A DNA stretch of 32,000 nucleotides, from NCBI RefSeq assembly GCF_000011805.1, contig NC_006840.2. The stretch is one strand, 5' to 3'. Below are positions 29,874-32,000 of the stretch, piece after piece. The position numbers and the translations under genes were made by a program. The notes below the pieces were generated by a model. The model was given only the letters and a program-made list of their open reading frames with translations. It had not been told where the DNA came from and ran no database searches. Each line of letters begins with the position of its first letter. Position 1 is the stretch's first letter. This stretch comes from Aliivibrio fischeri ES114. Its GTDB lineage: Bacteria; Pseudomonadota; Gammaproteobacteria; Enterobacterales; Vibrionaceae.

Positions 29874-30164
29874 TTAAGCTGCGTCAGATTCTTCATCTTG
29901 AACGGCTTTTATCTTTGCTTTTTTTGGTGCTGGTTTACGTTTAGCACCTAGAGCAATTAATAGATCTTCTTTATGCTTAGCTAGGTATAAAGACATCTCT
30001 TCTTGCTTAGCTTCATCTTCAATTAATTCACTTTCACCTAGAAAAGTAAAAAGCTCATCTGCGATATCAAGCATTTTGTCATAAGCATCGGCTTCCGATT
30101 TAGAGGTAAAAGTCATCTTCTCTTCTCCGTTGCGCTCAACTACATATTTGACGATAACAGCCAT
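29874..30164 (-). CDS. yebG: DNA damage-inducible protein YebG
   Basis: MAVIVKYVVERNGEEKMTFTSKSEADAYDKMLDIADEL closely parallels E. coli YebG (MAVEVKYVVIREGEEKMSFTSKKEADAYDKMLD). The tail is acidic and an SOS box lies upstream. Confidence 0.9.
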   Translation of the reverse strand: MAVIVKYVVERNGEEKMTFTSKSEADAYDKMLDIADELFTFLGESELIEDEAKQEEMSLYLAKHKEDLLIALGAKRKPAPKKAKIKAVQDEESDAA

Positions 30165-30185
30165 GGTCGTCTCTCCTATTTAATT

Positions 30186-30205
30186 AACTGGTGTTTTATA
30201 CAGTA
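30186..30205. promoter_or_regulatory. LexA (SOS) box upstream of yebG
   Basis: aaCTGGtgttttatACAGta versus the consensus taCTGT-N8-ACAGta (one core mismatch). It lies 22-41 nt upstream of the yebG ATG. Confidence 0.7.
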
Positions 30206-30310
30206 AGCGAGCTTATGTGTCCACTTGGAGAAACGAAAGTTAGATAAAGTTAACGTCTAACGGATAAGACAAATTTTTATTTGTAGAAAAAAAGTTGAGC
30301 AAGATTAATT

Positions 30311-30335
30311 AAAGGTGTATTTTAAATGCAACTTT
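30311..30335. promoter_or_regulatory. NsrR-like palindrome upstream of the alternative oxidase gene
   Basis: aaaGGTGTATTTTAAATGCAACttt resembles the gammaproteobacterial NsrR operator pattern (AAGATGyATTTnAAATrCATCTT). It ends about 20 nt before the aox start. Confidence 0.5.
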
Positions 30336-30354
30336 AATTAAAAAGGTGAACAGC

Positions 30355-30990
30355 ATGTCAAATTTTGAATTGAAACATAAAGCAACGAATAAAATTTCAG
30401 AGAAGATCGCATATAAAATTACTCAATGTTTGAAGTTTCTTTTGAATATTTTTTATGGTTCAAAGTATGCTAAACGAGCTGTAATTTTAGAAACGATTGC
30501 AGCAGTACCTGGAATGGTGGCTGGCATGTTCAATCATTTGAAAGCATTACGTAGAATGAAAGACGATCAGGGATGGATTCAAGAATTACTAAGCGAAGCT
30601 GAAAATGAAAGAATGCATTTAATGATATTTCTAGACATAGCTAAGCCTCGTTGGATTGAACGTCTTTTAGTTTTGCTAGGTCAAGCTGTCTTTATTGTTG
30701 TGTATAGCTTTATTTATTTACTCTCTTCGAAAATAGCTCATCGTGTGGTTGGGTATTTTGAAGAGGAAGCGTGTAAGAGTTATACGGAATATTTAGCTAA
30801 GATTGATGAGGGGACTGTTGAAAATGAAGCCGCACCGCAAATAGCGATAGATTATTATCAATTGCCAAGTGATGCTATGTTACGTGATGTTATTCTTAAA
30901 ATTCGAAACGATGAAGCAAAACATCGAGATCGTAACCATTCATTTGCAGATGCGTATGAAACTCACGATCTTCCTGCTCACCAGCGTTAG
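30355..30990 (+). CDS. aox: Alternative oxidase (cyanide-insensitive ubiquinol oxidase, di-iron carboxylate)
   Basis: All four AOX iron-binding motifs are present: LETIAAVPG, ENERMHL, FEEEACKSY and NDEAKHRD. The start is taken at ATG 30355 (RBS aaggtg); GTG 30346 is the alternative. Confidence 0.9.
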   Translation: MSNFELKHKATNKISEKIAYKITQCLKFLLNIFYGSKYAKRAVILETIAAVPGMVAGMFNHLKALRRMKDDQGWIQELLSEAENERMHLMIFLDIAKPRWIERLLVLLGQAVFIVVYSFIYLLSSKIAHRVVGYFEEEACKSYTEYLAKIDEGTVENEAAPQIAIDYYQLPSDAMLRDVILKIRNDEAKHRDRNHSFADAYETHDLPAHQR

Positions 30991-31000
30991 ATATTTGTTG

Positions 31001-31027
31001 AGATGAGGCTAAACAGCCTCATTTTTG
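31001..31027. terminator. Bidirectional terminator shared by aox and the convergent LysR gene
   Basis: atgaggct-aaac-agcctcat followed by ttttt. The TGA stop of the minus-strand LysR gene lies inside the 3' arm. Confidence 0.7.
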
Positions 31028-31897
31028 TTGAATAAAGTTCATAAAATATTGCAGTAATGGCGTTTGGTATTTTTCTTTATGTACTAATAACCAATACTGT
31101 CTTGCCAATGTTTTGTTATAAGCCAATTTAACTAAGCGACCATCATTTATTGCGTTTTGTGCTGCGAGTTGAGATAAACATGCTAACCCCATATTTTCAG
31201 CACAACAATTAATGATCGCCTCAGTGGTATGAAGTTGTAATGATTCATGCCAGTCATTTAAGTTGGCGGCGATATGATTAATAAAATATTCGCGACTGCC
31301 TGAACCTTCTTCACGTAGTAACCAAGTTGAATGCTCTAAATCATCTAATGTCACTTGAGCTTTAGTCGCTAAAGGATGGGAAGGCGAGCACACTAAATAC
31401 ATGTCGTCTCGTCGCCATTCAATCATATTTAATTTTGGGTGATGTGCTTTACCTTCAACTAATCCGATATCAAGCTGAAATTCTAATAATCTATTGATGA
31501 TTTGTGCTGTGTTTGAAATAAATAGCTGCTGAATATCACATGGGTATTGTTGTTGGAATTTACTCAATAATACTGGCGCAATATGATTACCAATCGTATC
31601 ACTAGCTCCAATGTTTAATGAGCCTGTCAGCTGACTATCCGTTGCAAATTGGTGCTCAATCACTTCAGCTCGCTCTAATAGCTCATCTGCTAGAGGAAGT
31701 AATTGACGACCTTCACTATTTAATACTAAGCGGTTATTTACACGATCAAAGACTTTATAACCGAGATTTTTTTCTAATTCAGAGAGAGATAAACTTACGG
31801 CTGGTTTAGTTATATACAGTCGCTCCGCAGCTTTTGTCATGGTTTTTTCTTGTGCTATTACAGTAAAAACATTAAGTTGCTTGAGTGAAATTCTCAT
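31019..31897 (-). CDS. LysR-family transcriptional regulator (YeiE-like)
   Basis: MRISLKQLNVFTVIAQEKTMTKAAERLYITKPAVSLSLSELEKNLGYKVFDRVNNRLVLNSEGRQL parallels E. coli YeiE ([24 protein letters not shown]...LFDRVGKRLVVNEHGRLL). Confidence 0.8.
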   Translation of the reverse strand: MRISLKQLNVFTVIAQEKTMTKAAERLYITKPAVSLSLSELEKNLGYKVFDRVNNRLVLNSEGRQLLPLADELLERAEVIEHQFATDSQLTGSLNIGASDTIGNHIAPVLLSKFQQQYPCDIQQLFISNTAQIINRLLEFQLDIGLVEGKAHHPKLNMIEWRRDDMYLVCSPSHPLATKAQVTLDDLEHSTWLLREEGSGSREYFINHIAANLNDWHESLQLHTTEAIINCCAENMGLACLSQLAAQNAINDGRLVKLAYNKTLARQYWLLVHKEKYQTPLLQYFMNFIQQK

Positions 31898-32000
31898 GAC
31901 AGGAAGTCCTAAATTAATTAAAAGCTAAGTCGTTAATTTTATTTTAACGCTAGTTTTAATTTATACAAATTTTATTAATGGATTGTTCCGATTAAAATAG

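Overview
This window looks like a mostly core chromosomal region of a Vibrionaceae genome. The 16S sequence and a bacterial alternative oxidase gene suggest Aliivibrio fischeri or a close relative; I could not run a search to confirm this.

Gene order, left to right:
- trmD (3' end), rplS, then aroF-tyrA preceded by TyrR-box-like palindromes.
- A six-gene block: M23 peptidase, PilZ protein, ettA, slt, trpR, yjjX.
- pheA, raiA, bamD, rluD, yfiH(pgeF), clpB.
- A complete rRNA operon: P1 and P2 promoters, boxA, 16S, a spacer with no tRNA, 23S, 5S, tRNA-Asp, tRNA-Trp.
- A tandem array of tRNA-Trp 3' fragments, each with its own terminator hairpin.
- An AT-rich type IV minor-pilin operon in the order FimT/GspH-like, PilW-like, enlarged PilX/YgdB-like, PilV-like, with a divergent PilE-like pilin.
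- chrA with a divergent LysR regulator, a small membrane protein, dapD, yebG with an SOS box, the alternative oxidase with an NsrR-like palindrome, and a YeiE-like LysR regulator.

Apart from the six-gene block, the order from rplS to the rRNA operon matches the E. coli rplS..aroF-tyrA-pheA-raiA-bamD-rluD-yfiH-clpB-rrnG neighbourhood.

I found no CRISPR array, transposase, integrase or recognisable defence system. The least explained parts are the tRNA-Trp fragment/terminator array (about 22.27-22.70 kb) and the adjacent pilin cluster with its 435-aa PilX-like protein. I revised several ORF-track starts because the upstream extensions run through terminators or lack ribosome-binding sites.
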